Below are positions 30,203 through 39,908 of a stretch of DNA of 64,000 nt, one piece after another (the first letter of the stretch is position 1; each line of letters opens with the position of its first letter). The translations under genes and the position numbers were made by a program. The notes below the pieces were generated by a model, which was given only the letters and a program-made list of their open reading frames with translations, had not been told where the DNA came from and ran no database searches. Source of the stretch: a virus; IMG/VR virus record IMGVR_UViG_3300018080_000148, positions 25,923 to 89,922 of that record; one strand, written 5' to 3'.

Positions 30203-30540
30203 TTTTTTTCTTTCTCTTTCATGGCCTCGTAGAGGATTTCTTCGATAGGGCGTTTAACTGTGTCGATCCATTTGGAGAGCACAGAAATGTTTGTGCCCAT
30301 ATCATGAATTGGTTCAGGCAAAACAATGGAAACACGATCTCCGACTTGTCCTAGCATGTCTACTGTTACCCAACCTCTTTTCCCTGGATCTCCCTCAATA
30401 GCTTCAACGCACCACCTTGTCATTTTAGCGATTTTTGATGTGTCTTCATCGAGGTGGATTCTTATCGTCCACATTTTGGTTGTGGCATTGTAGTCCATGA
30501 TGTCAACCACCAGGAGCCCTTTGGGGTTTAGCTTGTCCAT
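30199..30540 (-). CDS. hypothetical protein
   Basis: Start MDKLNPK with AAGGA SD after the tRNA. Confidence 0.6.
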   Translation of the reverse strand: MDKLNPKGLLVVDIMDYNATTKMWTIRIHLDEDTSKIAKMTRWCVEAIEGDPGKRGWVTVDMLGQVGDRVSIVLPEPIHDMGTNISVLSKWIDTVKRPIEEILYEAMKEKEKN

Positions 30541-30557
30541 AATTTTCCTTTCTATAG

Positions 30558-30637
30558 CGGAAGCGACAGGACTCGAACCTGCAACCCTTTCGGGCAACCG
30601 GCTTCCAACCGGCTTCCTCACCATTCGGATCGCTTCC
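30558..30637 (-). tRNA. tRNA-Ser(GGA)
   Basis: GCCGG-TTGGAAG-CCGGT; G73; variable arm. Confidence 0.9.
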
Positions 30638-30660
30638 GGCGTATATATCTAGGAGAGAAA

Positions 30661-31302
30661 ATGCAACAAAAATTCAAGTGGATAGCTGTACTCAATCAGT
30701 GTATTATAATAGTTCTGTTCATGAGGATGCAAACACCGGACCATCCGCCCGAGCATTACCTGGAATGGGATCACTACATTGCGCAACCTGATGGCATTAC
30801 TTGTGGCCCCACCAGTTGTGCCATGGTTATTAACTGGTATGGGAAGGAAGCGACAGTAAAAAGTTGCAAGGAGCAAGCCAGAACTAAATGGTTTGAGTAT
30901 CAAGGGCAAGAAGTGGGTATGTCTTTACCGGACTACCTTACCTTCTGCTTACGGTCGCACGGGGTTCCCGCCAAGTTGGAATCAGGAAATGCCCACAAAC
31001 TCAAATACTACGTTAGTGAGGGAAGGCCACCCATTGTTCTTCTGCGGAGTGGTGATCGCTATTGGCATTACGTGGTGGTGACCGGCTATGGCGACGGTAA
31101 GATAGTCACTGCGGACCCAGGCGGTGGTCGGCGAGAGGAGTTGGATGAAGAGGTATTTTTGGGGTCATGGGATTTCTCTTGCGACATGCGGGGCGATGTG
31201 GTGGAGGGGTTCGATCTATTTCGTTACATCGTGGAGCGTATCGCAGGAGTGGGCGGACACACAATGATTGTGCCCAGACATCAAAGAAAGGATTTGCCGT
31301 AG
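30661..31302 (+). CDS. C39-like cysteine peptidase
   Basis: QPDGITCGPTS, HYVVVTG, ADPG catalytic pattern. Confidence 0.85.
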   Translation: MQQKFKWIAVLNQCIIIVLFMRMQTPDHPPEHYLEWDHYIAQPDGITCGPTSCAMVINWYGKEATVKSCKEQARTKWFEYQGQEVGMSLPDYLTFCLRSHGVPAKLESGNAHKLKYYVSEGRPPIVLLRSGDRYWHYVVVTGYGDGKIVTADPGGGRREELDEEVFLGSWDFSCDMRGDVVEGFDLFRYIVERIAGVGGHTMIVPRHQRKDLP

Positions 31303-32012
31303 AACAAATTACATGTTTTTACAAACTCTCTCTTGTGACGACTGTTTGGAATGTCATCTAGCGTGAGATCTCTGGCTCTTCTTTCTTTCCCCTCCATTCC
31401 AGAGTTCGTTTTTTTATTCTCGTGGTAATTTCTTGGGAGGCGGTTCACGCCAATGAACTTTAACAACTCTTGTGTCGGCCCGCTTTCTATTTGGTGTCTG
31501 AAGTACGGGCGGTATCTTTTTTCTTCCATGATTAACCTGTGCCATTCCGTATAAAAGTAACACACCCTCGTGATTTGATCTGGCACGTGAAGCACTCTTG
31601 GCAAAGCCACTAGGATTTGATCGATCCATTTGTGTTGCCACCGAGGCGTGTTGTCTGCCAAGAAATTGTAGTCCAAAATCAATGAGCTTATTACCTTCAT
31701 TGGATGTCTTACGATGTGGAGCAAGGGGATGTCTTCCAGAATCGGCCATCTTAGAAATGGAACTGCCAGATAAGAACACTCAGCAACTATTTTGTTTACA
31801 TCAACCCACTTTGCATTTTCGCCCTCTTCCCTTTTGGAAACAAAACTCAGAATAGGCTTTTCTTTGCCCTTGAACACTTTTTTTACATGTTCTGCTCCTG
31901 CGCTTTTGAAAACACTTTCATGGCCGCATGGCATCCCCAAAGACGTGAGCAGTTTTGCAGTGTAGACGGTGCCGCTTCTCGGCGTACTGGTCGCAATCAA
32001 TCTTAGCTTCAT
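31281..32012 (-). CDS. sulfotransferase-like protein
   Basis: TPRSGT PAPS loop; CGHE; HIVRHPMKVISS. Confidence 0.7.
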   Translation of the reverse strand: MKLRLIATSTPRSGTVYTAKLLTSLGMPCGHESVFKSAGAEHVKKVFKGKEKPILSFVSKREEGENAKWVDVNKIVAECSYLAVPFLRWPILEDIPLLHIVRHPMKVISSLILDYNFLADNTPRWQHKWIDQILVALPRVLHVPDQITRVCYFYTEWHRLIMEEKRYRPYFRHQIESGPTQELLKFIGVNRLPRNYHENKKTNSGMEGKERRARDLTLDDIPNSRHKREFVKTCNLFYGKSFL

Positions 32013-32629
32013 TGAGCCTTTCTGTGTGTTATTCGGTCTTCTGTCTGACCATCAAATATTATGGGCCACAGCCTTTCTAGAAAGTGCGCTTCTTTGACAT
32101 TCCTTTGATAGTTAGTCGTTTTTATGACCTCCTCGTAGAATTTTTTCGACCTAAACAGAATGGCCTCTCGGGGAACCATGAATTGGGCTCCGCAATTGAA
32201 TTTGAATTTTTGTATTGGTGGCAAAAACCATTGGTCGGCGTATTCTCCCAAGTTTATCCTGCCCCATGGCCCCCATTTCCTTTCAATTTCCAATACCCTT
32301 GGGTTGGTGGCTGTTATCTTCGGATAGAATGGTTGATACGCATTAACAAACTGCAATTTTGCTATCTTTTGGGCGATATTGTGTTTCTTAACTGTTCTCG
32401 TATGGTCGAAGGGCCCTCCTTGTAAAAACAAAGTGAAATCTGTCAAATCGGAATAGTTTTCCAGTATGTGTCGGAGATATGTTTCTGCCTCCAGGCCCAG
32501 GTTGGGTATGTCTTTGTCTTTGTCATATACGATGCATCTGTACGGTAGAGATTTGGTCCACCTCACATCTTCCCGGTATTTGGCAACAACGATGGTTACT
32601 TGGTGTCGGGGCAACTTGAGCTTCAACAT
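32009..32629 (-). CDS. DUF3431-like glycosyltransferase-related protein
   Basis: VVAKYREDVRW, EAETYLRHI, GAQF, HFLERLW. Confidence 0.8.
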   Translation of the reverse strand: MLKLKLPRHQVTIVVAKYREDVRWTKSLPYRCIVYDKDKDIPNLGLEAETYLRHILENYSDLTDFTLFLQGGPFDHTRTVKKHNIAQKIAKLQFVNAYQPFYPKITATNPRVLEIERKWGPWGRINLGEYADQWFLPPIQKFKFNCGAQFMVPREAILFRSKKFYEEVIKTTNYQRNVKEAHFLERLWPIIFDGQTEDRITHRKAQ

Positions 32630-32685
32630 GCAATAAAGGAGCGAGATTTCCAGCTAATTTCCAATACAATAGAGTAGGAGATTAT

Positions 32686-33321
32686 ATGAAGATTGTTGCA
32701 TTTGTCCCCATTCGATTGAATAGCACAAGACTGAAGAATAAGAGCATTTTGCCGTTGGGTAACAAGCCTTTATGCTGGCACATTCTGAATACTCTAACGA
32801 AGGTCTTCAACGAGGTGTATGTTTACGCCAGTACGGAGCAAGTTATGGACTTCTCTCCAGAAGGCACGATTTTCCTCAAGAGACCCGCCGTTCTTGATCG
32901 AGATGAGACCTTAGGCATGGAAATCTACTCTTCTTTCGTTGGAGAAATAGACAGTGATTATTATTGCTTGGCGCATGTTACTTCGCCCTTCCTAACTGAG
33001 AAAACCTTGCAGTCGGGGGTTGATGCGTTGTTGTGTGGGCATGATAGTGCTTTTACAGCACGCCGGGAACAGACGTTTGCTTGGTTTCGCAACAAGCCGA
33101 TCAATTACGCCACCAATTTCATTCCCCGCACACAAGACATGGAACCGGTTTACATAGAGACCTCCGGCTATTACATGTTTGATAATCAAACGATAAAAGC
33201 AGGCCGAAGAATAGGTGGCAATCCAGCCATTATTGAAGTGGGCGCAGTAGAGGGATTGGATATAGATGAAGAAGGTGATTATGAGGTGGCAAAACTCTTT
33301 GCGAGAGGGTTGATTTCGTGA
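32686..33321 (+). CDS. acylneuraminate cytidylyltransferase family (NeuA-like)
   Basis: VPIRLNSTRLKNK, TSPFL, RTQD, LDIDEEGD. Confidence 0.85.
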   Translation: MKIVAFVPIRLNSTRLKNKSILPLGNKPLCWHILNTLTKVFNEVYVYASTEQVMDFSPEGTIFLKRPAVLDRDETLGMEIYSSFVGEIDSDYYCLAHVTSPFLTEKTLQSGVDALLCGHDSAFTARREQTFAWFRNKPINYATNFIPRTQDMEPVYIETSGYYMFDNQTIKAGRRIGGNPAIIEVGAVEGLDIDEEGDYEVAKLFARGLIS

Positions 33322-33326
33322 TTCTT

Positions 33327-34064
33327 CTAACAGAATGTTTTACGACAGAATTGGTGGAAAGGCACACGCTCGAATATCTCTAAAGCACCACCTTCTGTGG
33401 AATTGTAGATTTTCCTTCCACTTTTCTCAAATACTTTCTTGCATATCCTGTACATTACGAACACGGGCTCCCAGTTTTGTCTCCAATAGAAGTCTACTTT
33501 GCTTCCGTCAAAATGGTGAACTTTGTCTCCTCGGTAGTGGCAATCGCAGCCCAATAAATACACTTCATTAAATCCCATGTGGTAAGCCATTTGGAGGGCC
33601 AAAGCAACAACCGTGTAACCCTGGTAAATCCCATATCTCATGTCTCCCCACTTATTCCAGTCTGGCATCAATCGGAATCTTTGGTCATGTTCCGTAAAAC
33701 GACCTCCCGAATTAGGGCGAGGAGGTATGTAAACCAGGGACTCATCTTTGAGTTGTCGGCGAATGTAACTCACAAATAATTCTGTGCTTGTTTCTTTGCA
33801 TGCTTTTTTGATGCTTCGGTTGTACTTGTTCCAATAAGAAGGGTCGATGACACACAAATATTGCGCCCTCTTCATAGCGGGGTGTTTGTAAAAGGAGTTA
33901 ACGCCAATAATCACTTCATCGGGAGGAAGAAGCTGCACTGGGGTGCGATTGAGGGAGGGGCCGGTAGCGCAGATGAAACATCGTTGGCCTTTGTGAATAT
34001 CTAGATATTTGCTTAATCTAGGAGCAATCATGGGCGGTATTGGTTTCTTTTGCGCATACAGCAT
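33327..34064 (-). CDS. DUF115 / Maf-like glycosyltransferase
   Basis: CFICATGPSL, LQMAYHMGFNEVYLLGCD, IYNSTEGGALEIFER. Confidence 0.85.
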   Translation of the reverse strand: MLYAQKKPIPPMIAPRLSKYLDIHKGQRCFICATGPSLNRTPVQLLPPDEVIIGVNSFYKHPAMKRAQYLCVIDPSYWNKYNRSIKKACKETSTELFVSYIRRQLKDESLVYIPPRPNSGGRFTEHDQRFRLMPDWNKWGDMRYGIYQGYTVVALALQMAYHMGFNEVYLLGCDCHYRGDKVHHFDGSKVDFYWRQNWEPVFVMYRICKKVFEKSGRKIYNSTEGGALEIFERVPFHQFCRKTFC

Positions 34065-34068
34065 GTTG

Positions 34069-34701
34069 TTATATTGGTATCCTGTGGGTAATGCGGTCTT
34101 TTGTTTTTTGGTCGAACATTATTCGCCAGGATCGTTCCAAAAAATGACCCTCTACAGGGTTGATGTCGTAGTTTACGGTTTTGATTATTTCCTTGTAGAA
34201 TCGCAAAGAGCGAAAAAGGATGGCATCACGAGGCACGATGAAACACCCCCCGTTGGCGAATGTGAAGCTTTTAACTCGTTGTACCACAAACCACCGCTCT
34301 ATGAATTCGCCCACATTTACCCAACCCCACGGCCCGTAGCGAGGCTTCATGTGGAACACTCTTTGTTCACGACAACTTGGCCTCTTGAAGAACGGTTCGA
34401 ATTTGTTCGATAATTTATGCGACATTATCCTCTGAATAATGTTTGTCCTATTTATTCTCCTGCGAGCATCAACGTGCGGGAAGGGATCACCTTGGAGACA
34501 GATTAACCAGCGAGGCAGGTTTTCGTAATTGTTGATGATGTGTCGCAGGTAAGTCTCTGACTCACGCCCCACATTTTTTACATCCTTACTTTTGTCATAT
34601 ATGATGTAGGGCACCTGTTTTTGGACCACCCAAGATGAATCTTCTTTGTATTTGGCCACAACAATTAAAACGTCGTTGGCTCTTATCTTGGCGTGTAACA
34701 T
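34069..34701 (-). CDS. DUF3431-like protein (paralogue of 32009..32629)
   Basis: VVAKYKED, NVGRESETYLRHI, HFLERSW. Confidence 0.8.
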   Translation of the reverse strand: MLHAKIRANDVLIVVAKYKEDSSWVVQKQVPYIIYDKSKDVKNVGRESETYLRHIINNYENLPRWLICLQGDPFPHVDARRRINRTNIIQRIMSHKLSNKFEPFFKRPSCREQRVFHMKPRYGPWGWVNVGEFIERWFVVQRVKSFTFANGGCFIVPRDAILFRSLRFYKEIIKTVNYDINPVEGHFLERSWRIMFDQKTKDRITHRIPI

Positions 34702-34732
34702 AAAGCAATCTCCTGCTTTATGTAGTTCGCTG

Positions 34733-35350
34733 CTATTCGAAAGCTTTGATTAGTAAAGGTGCCAGATGCCGGTGGCTAGAATAGACCCTCCATATTATCA
34801 GATCGAGGTCGGCTGCACTTCTGCCACTCTTTTTGACAAGTTCGAGGTACTGTCTTTCGATTTCTTCGTACCGCTTTCTGGAGGTGGGGGTCGCTTTGGG
34901 CACGTCGTAGTCCAACGCCCTCATAAATTTGAGAACGTGTGTGTCCAAACCCGCCATTTCCAGGCCGGGCCGACTGTGCATCAGAAAGCAACTGGCTGTT
35001 TTGTACTTGATTCCTGGAAGTGCCACGAGATCCCATAGCGTGCAGGTTTTCAGATCAAGGCCGCTATTGGCGACGGCCTTGACGTACCGTGCTTTCTGGT
35101 TGTACGGCGACAGGGCGTACTCCTTGAACTTGAGAGCCAGAAACCATTCCGGTAACTGTTGGATTATTCCGAATGGTCTTCGCTTTCTAGGCGAGTAGCC
35201 AAGTTTTGAATGCGTCTCCTTCATGAAAGCTTCCAGCCGAGGTGCAATTGTCTTGGCCGTCTTGCCTGCCACACAGATCCAGAAAATGAGAAGCTCTTCA
35301 AGTTGATACCTGTTCAGCTTGAAGTTGGTAATCGTATCGGGGTTTACCAT
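34733..35350 (-). CDS. HhH-GPD DNA glycosylase/lyase (OGG-like)
   Basis: LPGIKYKTASCFL, LDTHVL, YEEIE, LDLIIW. Confidence 0.75.
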   Translation of the reverse strand: MVNPDTITNFKLNRYQLEELLIFWICVAGKTAKTIAPRLEAFMKETHSKLGYSPRKRRPFGIIQQLPEWFLALKFKEYALSPYNQKARYVKAVANSGLDLKTCTLWDLVALPGIKYKTASCFLMHSRPGLEMAGLDTHVLKFMRALDYDVPKATPTSRKRYEEIERQYLELVKKSGRSAADLDLIIWRVYSSHRHLAPLLIKAFE

Positions 35351-35359
35351 GATTTACTT

Positions 35360-36007
35360 TCATAAGTGCTTGCATGATTTACGGTTACATATAAACCGGA
35401 ATTCTTCGCAGAATCCTTTTACAAGAAATACCATACCTTCATAAAAATGCATTGACAGCAGTTGGCGGTCGAATGTCTCGTTGGCCTCCTCGTGCATTTT
35501 GAAATTTACAGAATCAATCAATTGCTTGAGGAACTCCACCGTGGTGCCTTGCCTACGAAGACCTCCTTCGTATCTCGGCCAATAGGACGTGTGTAAATCT
35601 TCTATGACATATGTTCCACCTATTGTCACATAGGGGAACAGTGTTGTGCAAGACGTAATTTGCTGATGCATTACATGTCCGCCGTCATCAATGATGATGT
35701 CAAACGGCCCATGCTCTTGGGCTACTTCCAGCAAAAAAGATTCATTGGCTTGGTCGCCCGTGTGAATTTTTATTTTGTCACCGTTGAATTGCTGACAAGC
35801 GGGGTTGATGTCTATGCCGATGATTTCTGCGTTGGGGAAATAATCCCTCCACATCAGAAGGGAACCGCCATGTTGAACCCCAATTTCCATGACTTTGCCT
35901 ACCCGCTCCCTGATGTCGGTGAAATGGCGATCATAGATCTCGAAGTAGTGTAACCATTTGTCTGATTGTAGGTTGCAACTTCTAAATATTTGTTTAAGAG
36001 TTTTCAA
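35360..36007 (-). CDS. class I SAM methyltransferase (sugar O-MT-like)
   Basis: MEIGVQHGGSL, GIDI, IIIDDGGH, YVIED. Confidence 0.85.
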   Translation of the reverse strand: MKTLKQIFRSCNLQSDKWLHYFEIYDRHFTDIRERVGKVMEIGVQHGGSLLMWRDYFPNAEIIGIDINPACQQFNGDKIKIHTGDQANESFLLEVAQEHGPFDIIIDDGGHVMHQQITSCTTLFPYVTIGGTYVIEDLHTSYWPRYEGGLRRQGTTVEFLKQLIDSVNFKMHEEANETFDRQLLSMHFYEGMVFLVKGFCEEFRFICNRKSCKHL

Positions 36008-36068
36008 CGAGCCCCCAACCTGTGAAGTCCGTGGTTATTATGAGTATATATGGTAACAGGAGGTGACT

Positions 36069-36236
36069 ATGACTGTTCTGATTAAAGTGGTTTTGGCGTT
36101 CATTTTGCCGCCACTCGCCGCCCTCATGCAAGTGGGATTGGGGCTCCACTTCTGGCTCAACATCATCCTGACCCTATTTGGATGGCTGCCAGGACTAATT
36201 CATGCTCTCTGGCTCGTGTTGAGCGAGCAGAAGTAA
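36069..36236 (+). CDS. YqaE/Pmp3 family membrane protein (55 aa)
   Basis: Manual translation ...AFILPPLA...FWLNIILTLFGWLPGLIHALW; GGAGGT SD. Confidence 0.9.
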   Translation: MTVLIKVVLAFILPPLAALMQVGLGLHFWLNIILTLFGWLPGLIHALWLVLSEQK

Positions 36237-36268
36237 AAAAAAGGCCCGCCGTAAGGCGGGCCTTTTTT
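36237..36268. terminator. bidirectional terminator
   Basis: A-run GGCCCGCC-GTAA-GGCGGGCC T-run. Confidence 0.85.
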
Positions 36269-37119
36269 CATTTCAGATCAGCCTCCGTTTGCCATTCCCC
36301 TTTCTCGTTTTTCCATATGCGAGCAGAAACCTCCTCACCTTTCAGCTTCTTGATTTGATCGCTGGGGATAAGGTTTTCATTCTTCAGCATACGTAGGATT
36401 GTGGGGATGACAACAGCGTCATCTTTGTGTCTCGCCGCCGCTTCTCGGATCGTCTTCTCCATCTCGACTTGCGATTGACAATTGATATTGTAGGCAATCT
36501 TCCAAGCGATGCTGTTGACGATACGAGGGAACAAGCGTGTCACAGACACATGTGCGTGGAACATGAATCTAGTTTCCACGAGTGTTCGGTTTCCATGCTT
36601 TCTAAACACCACCTCACCGTCACATCCCATGATACGGGCTTGTTGATAGGAGATTTGGTTTAACAGTACCAAGTGGAGTTTAGTGGATTCAGAACCCACC
36701 TCCATGTCGTGTCGGACATTAAAGGTGAGTCTGCCGATCTGCCTGTCGTCGATTCTGATTTTCGAAACTCCGATAGCACGGCCTTCCAACGCCATTGTGC
36801 TCAGGTTACACTTTACTTTCACTTCTTCCCAATTCTGCTCTAGGATTTCCACCTTTCTGATCTTAACTCCACGCTGTCCAACTGGAACGTTTTCTAGCTG
36901 GATGTTCCCTCTTTCATTCATTGAAATGCTGTCTTCCAGATCTTCTAGTTGAGATTGCAAGACCGAACCCATCACTTCGCCGTATGGCTGGTTGATGATG
37001 AACTGGCGTTTCAGATTAGGCTTCACGCACTGTGTTCGACGACACCCTGCATCGGCCTGCACTACTAGACAAGTAGCTACCAATAGCGCAAAGATTGCGC
37101 CTACAGAGAGTGCTTTCAT
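36268..37119 (-). CDS. secreted hypothetical protein
   Basis: Signal peptide (ADA cleavage); GGAGGAG SD. Confidence 0.7.
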   Translation of the reverse strand: MKALSVGAIFALLVATCLVVQADAGCRRTQCVKPNLKRQFIINQPYGEVMGSVLQSQLEDLEDSISMNERGNIQLENVPVGQRGVKIRKVEILEQNWEEVKVKCNLSTMALEGRAIGVSKIRIDDRQIGRLTFNVRHDMEVGSESTKLHLVLLNQISYQQARIMGCDGEVVFRKHGNRTLVETRFMFHAHVSVTRLFPRIVNSIAWKIAYNINCQSQVEMEKTIREAAARHKDDAVVIPTILRMLKNENLIPSDQIKKLKGEEVSARIWKNEKGEWQTEADLK

Positions 37120-37202
37120 CTCTCCTCCTATGGGTTATAGTTCGTCTCCAGAACTATTTATGGAGGAGCAGGTCAACAATTCCTATCGAAGTGCATATTA
37201 AC

Positions 37203-37862
37203 TCAGGCAGCTTCCTTTCCTATTGGGATAAACCACCTGCGATCCTTGTAAATTTTTATCACTTCTCTGAGGCTATGTTCTTGTTCCCACATGCTTTCCG
37301 TGGCGGCTTTATCTAATTCGCTTTCAACAATCTTCTTCAAGTTGCGGGTGTGAACAATTTTGTAGTGGATCGTCATCACCAGCCGTTGCTTCACCTTAGT
37401 TCGACTACCACATCTTTCGAGATGGGTAAATGTATCATAGGCTACTAATGTCCCCACCGGTTCTGTGAGCGATATAGTAGAATCCATCTTGTCCTTGGTA
37501 AAAATTACATGCTGACGCAGAGTTAGGATCTGTCCTTCTAGGTAGCCGTTTTGGTGTCTCACTGTGAACCATCCATCGGCTTCTACCATCCAGTTGGGAT
37601 CGAGGATGCGATTGAAGCCGACAACGATGTCCTCTTGCTTAGATTCAATCAATGTACCGTGCCCTAGCTCGACCATCTTCTTCATGGTCGGCGCTCGAAC
37701 GAGAACCCGTCGCACGGTGTCGAAGTCCTCGTTGATGTAGAATGTGCTTTCCTTGACTGACGTTGCCTCATATGGTGTGTAGATGTAAAACGAGAAAATG
37801 ATCGTGAGAATTATGAGCACGGCGAGGCTAATGGCGACCCCCGGCAGAATGTATTTCATCAT
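37203..37862 (-). CDS. membrane-anchored hypothetical protein
   Basis: N-terminal TM; GGAGGAG SD. Confidence 0.7.
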   Translation of the reverse strand: MMKYILPGVAISLAVLIILTIIFSFYIYTPYEATSVKESTFYINEDFDTVRRVLVRAPTMKKMVELGHGTLIESKQEDIVVGFNRILDPNWMVEADGWFTVRHQNGYLEGQILTLRQHVIFTKDKMDSTISLTEPVGTLVAYDTFTHLERCGSRTKVKQRLVMTIHYKIVHTRNLKKIVESELDKAATESMWEQEHSLREVIKIYKDRRWFIPIGKEAA

Positions 37863-37922
37863 GTCTCCTCCTTCTATCGTTATTAGCTCTACATATATTT
37901 AGAGCGCAATTAGGGAGGAACT

Positions 37923-38588
37923 ATGGGGTTTTTCGATCAAAGACCAATGCTCAGGGGGAAAATTGCAGCCCATCACAATAGGCTGGAATGTCGCTATCGA
38001 GCGATGCTTTTGTGGAATAGGATTTGGATCAAAAGACAGCGAATCCTAGACATCGCATCTTATAATGGCCGGTGGAGCTATGCCGCCCTGAACTTGGGGG
38101 CGAAGCATGTTACGGGCGTGGAAAAGAATCCCGCCTTCGTCGAACGTGCCCGAGCCAATATGGAGCAACTAGAGGCCAAAAAAGATGAATACGAGTTCAT
38201 CTGTGGTGACATTCACAGGGAAATCACCAAATTTGAGCCCGACCAGTTCGACACCATCTTCTGCTTTGGCTTCTTCTACCACACGCCACGGCATGAATTC
38301 CTGGTGGAGAAGATGGTTGCCTTGCAACCAAAGGCCATCATTATGGATACGCAGTTGGCCAAGCCCGGCCAGGGCATACAGTTCAACGACAAGCCGTATT
38401 ACGGTCGCCAAGGAAAGGTGCCTTACGGTGTCCTGCAAAAGATGTTCGGAACACGAGGCTACAAGATCGTCAAGCGAGCCAACTATAACCAGTTTAAGAA
38501 CCAGACTGAGATTTCTGATTACATTACAGGTGTAGGTGGCGGTCGAGTGACGCTGTTGATAAGACCCAAAAAAGACTTGGCAGAATAA
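37923..38588 (+). CDS. class I SAM methyltransferase
   Basis: RILDIASYNGRWSYAAL, FCFGFFYH. Confidence 0.85.
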   Translation: MGFFDQRPMLRGKIAAHHNRLECRYRAMLLWNRIWIKRQRILDIASYNGRWSYAALNLGAKHVTGVEKNPAFVERARANMEQLEAKKDEYEFICGDIHREITKFEPDQFDTIFCFGFFYHTPRHEFLVEKMVALQPKAIIMDTQLAKPGQGIQFNDKPYYGRQGKVPYGVLQKMFGTRGYKIVKRANYNQFKNQTEISDYITGVGGGRVTLLIRPKKDLAE

Positions 38589-38590
38589 AC

Positions 38591-38621
38591 AAAAAAGCCC
38601 GGCCTTTGGCCGGGCTTTTTC
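38591..38621. terminator. bidirectional terminator
   Basis: A-run GCCCGGCC-TTT-GGCCGGGC T-run. Confidence 0.85.
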
Positions 38622-39058
38622 TATGCCGTTTTCGCCTTACGGCGTTTTTTAGGGGCCTGTCGGTGTCGAAGCCGAGGCTTTTGACGGTCTTCGCTCTTTT
38701 TCATAGCCTCAAATTCGGCGACCCTTTGATTCCATCGCTTCTGAGTCTTTTGGGGATCTTCCATGAGGCTTTCGATAAACTGCTTGGCCTCCAACAGGCC
38801 GCAATCGGTGATCTGGCGGTAGAGTTTGATCGCCGGGATCTTCTGTCCGCTGGAAGCCAGTTTTTCAATTGCCCTGCGCTGACTAGCACTGACGTGAATT
38901 GGCGTGGGCCTGACTTCCATCAGCAACTCTTTGATGATTTCAATGAGTTGCCATTGGCCAACCGTACCGCCCAGTTCGGCGTCCTGGAGTTTCCTTCTGA
39001 TCTGATTGTATCTGACGATATTCATTTCTTCCTCAACTGTTGTTAATGCGGATGCCAT
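38621..39058 (-). CDS. protein with ribosomal L7/L12 C-terminal-like domain
   Basis: GQKIPAIKLYRQITDCGLLEAKQFIE. Confidence 0.7.
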   Translation of the reverse strand: MASALTTVEEEMNIVRYNQIRRKLQDAELGGTVGQWQLIEIIKELLMEVRPTPIHVSASQRRAIEKLASSGQKIPAIKLYRQITDCGLLEAKQFIESLMEDPQKTQKRWNQRVAEFEAMKKSEDRQKPRLRHRQAPKKRRKAKTA

Positions 39059-39243
39059 AGGCCATCGCCGAGAAGCAGGCGCATATGACGAAGAATGGGA
39101 TCATGACCCAAAATGGAATGTATGCCCCACACTTGATTGCAATCCCCAAGACGATGATGGGGGCGAATGCGATGCTCATGGCGGTAATGTATCTGGTCCT
39201 TGCCGAAAGGTTCCCCCCACCAGTCCAAAAAATCCCTTAACAT
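39043..39243 (-). CDS. small hypothetical protein
   Basis: Coupled ORF; frame uncertain. Confidence 0.35.
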   Translation of the reverse strand: MLRDFLDWWGEPFGKDQIHYRHEHRIRPHHRLGDCNQVWGIHSILGHDPILRHMRLLLGDGLWHPH

Positions 39244-39482
39244 GCTTCCTCTCCTGTGAAGGGTAGAACGATTGCGTACTGAGCGTAAAGGGTGACGGTC
39301 CTACCGACACCTCCCCGCTTTGTTGTCTTCGTTGGTCTGACTGATATACGGTCAATGTATTTGTTGGGAAATAGCTTCACTACCTCGCCGATGGTGTATT
39401 CGGTGCCAGCCGATGAGTTGGTACTGTAGAGGATTGTATCCCCCAACTTGACTTTCTTTCCGAATGCGCCTTTCATCCACAC
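39237..39482 (-). CDS. small hypothetical protein (SH3/KOW-like)
   Basis: GKKVKLGDTILY...IGEVVK. Confidence 0.6.
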   Translation of the reverse strand: MWMKGAFGKKVKLGDTILYSTNSSAGTEYTIGEVVKLFPNKYIDRISVRPTKTTKRGGVGRTVTLYAQYAIVLPFTGEEAC

Positions 39483-39661
39483 GCCTTCCAGTAGATCGGC
39501 CAGAGCAGGATTACTAGGAGCAGCGTGGTGGCGTCGGCTATTGGACCGTGCTTTCTACTGCCTTTGATGAGGAAGCCGATCCCGATTACGGCATAGATTA
39601 TAGCAATGATTGTGATCCACATCCACATGGGTCTATTCCTTCCGACCCATGATTTTAACAT
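39473..39661 (-). CDS. small membrane protein
   Basis: Two TM segments. Confidence 0.55.
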   Translation of the reverse strand: MLKSWVGRNRPMWMWITIIAIIYAVIGIGFLIKGSRKHGPIADATTLLLVILLWPIYWKACG

Positions 39662-39687
39662 GTATTTGGTTGGGAACCTACGAAAAA

Positions 39688-39903
39688 TCAGGCACCGCCT
39701 GTTTCTTGGAGGTATTGGAGGTATCTGTCACGTCTTTGTTTTTCATCGCCTTTCCAATGGCGACTTGTGCCGTCTGATAGCTTGTTGTTCAGGCAGTGGG
39801 CACAATTGACTTCATCCCACTCGTATCTTTGGTCTGTATCGGCCTGTTGAATGCTGCCGTCTGCCCACGGGCATCCGTGATAGAAATGAATTTTCATTGG
39901 CAT
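39688..39903 (-). CDS. small hypothetical protein
   Basis: WDEVNCAHCL motif. Confidence 0.5.
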   Translation of the reverse strand: MPMKIHFYHGCPWADGSIQQADTDQRYEWDEVNCAHCLNNKLSDGTSRHWKGDEKQRRDRYLQYLQETGGA

Positions 39904-39908
39904 GGAAG

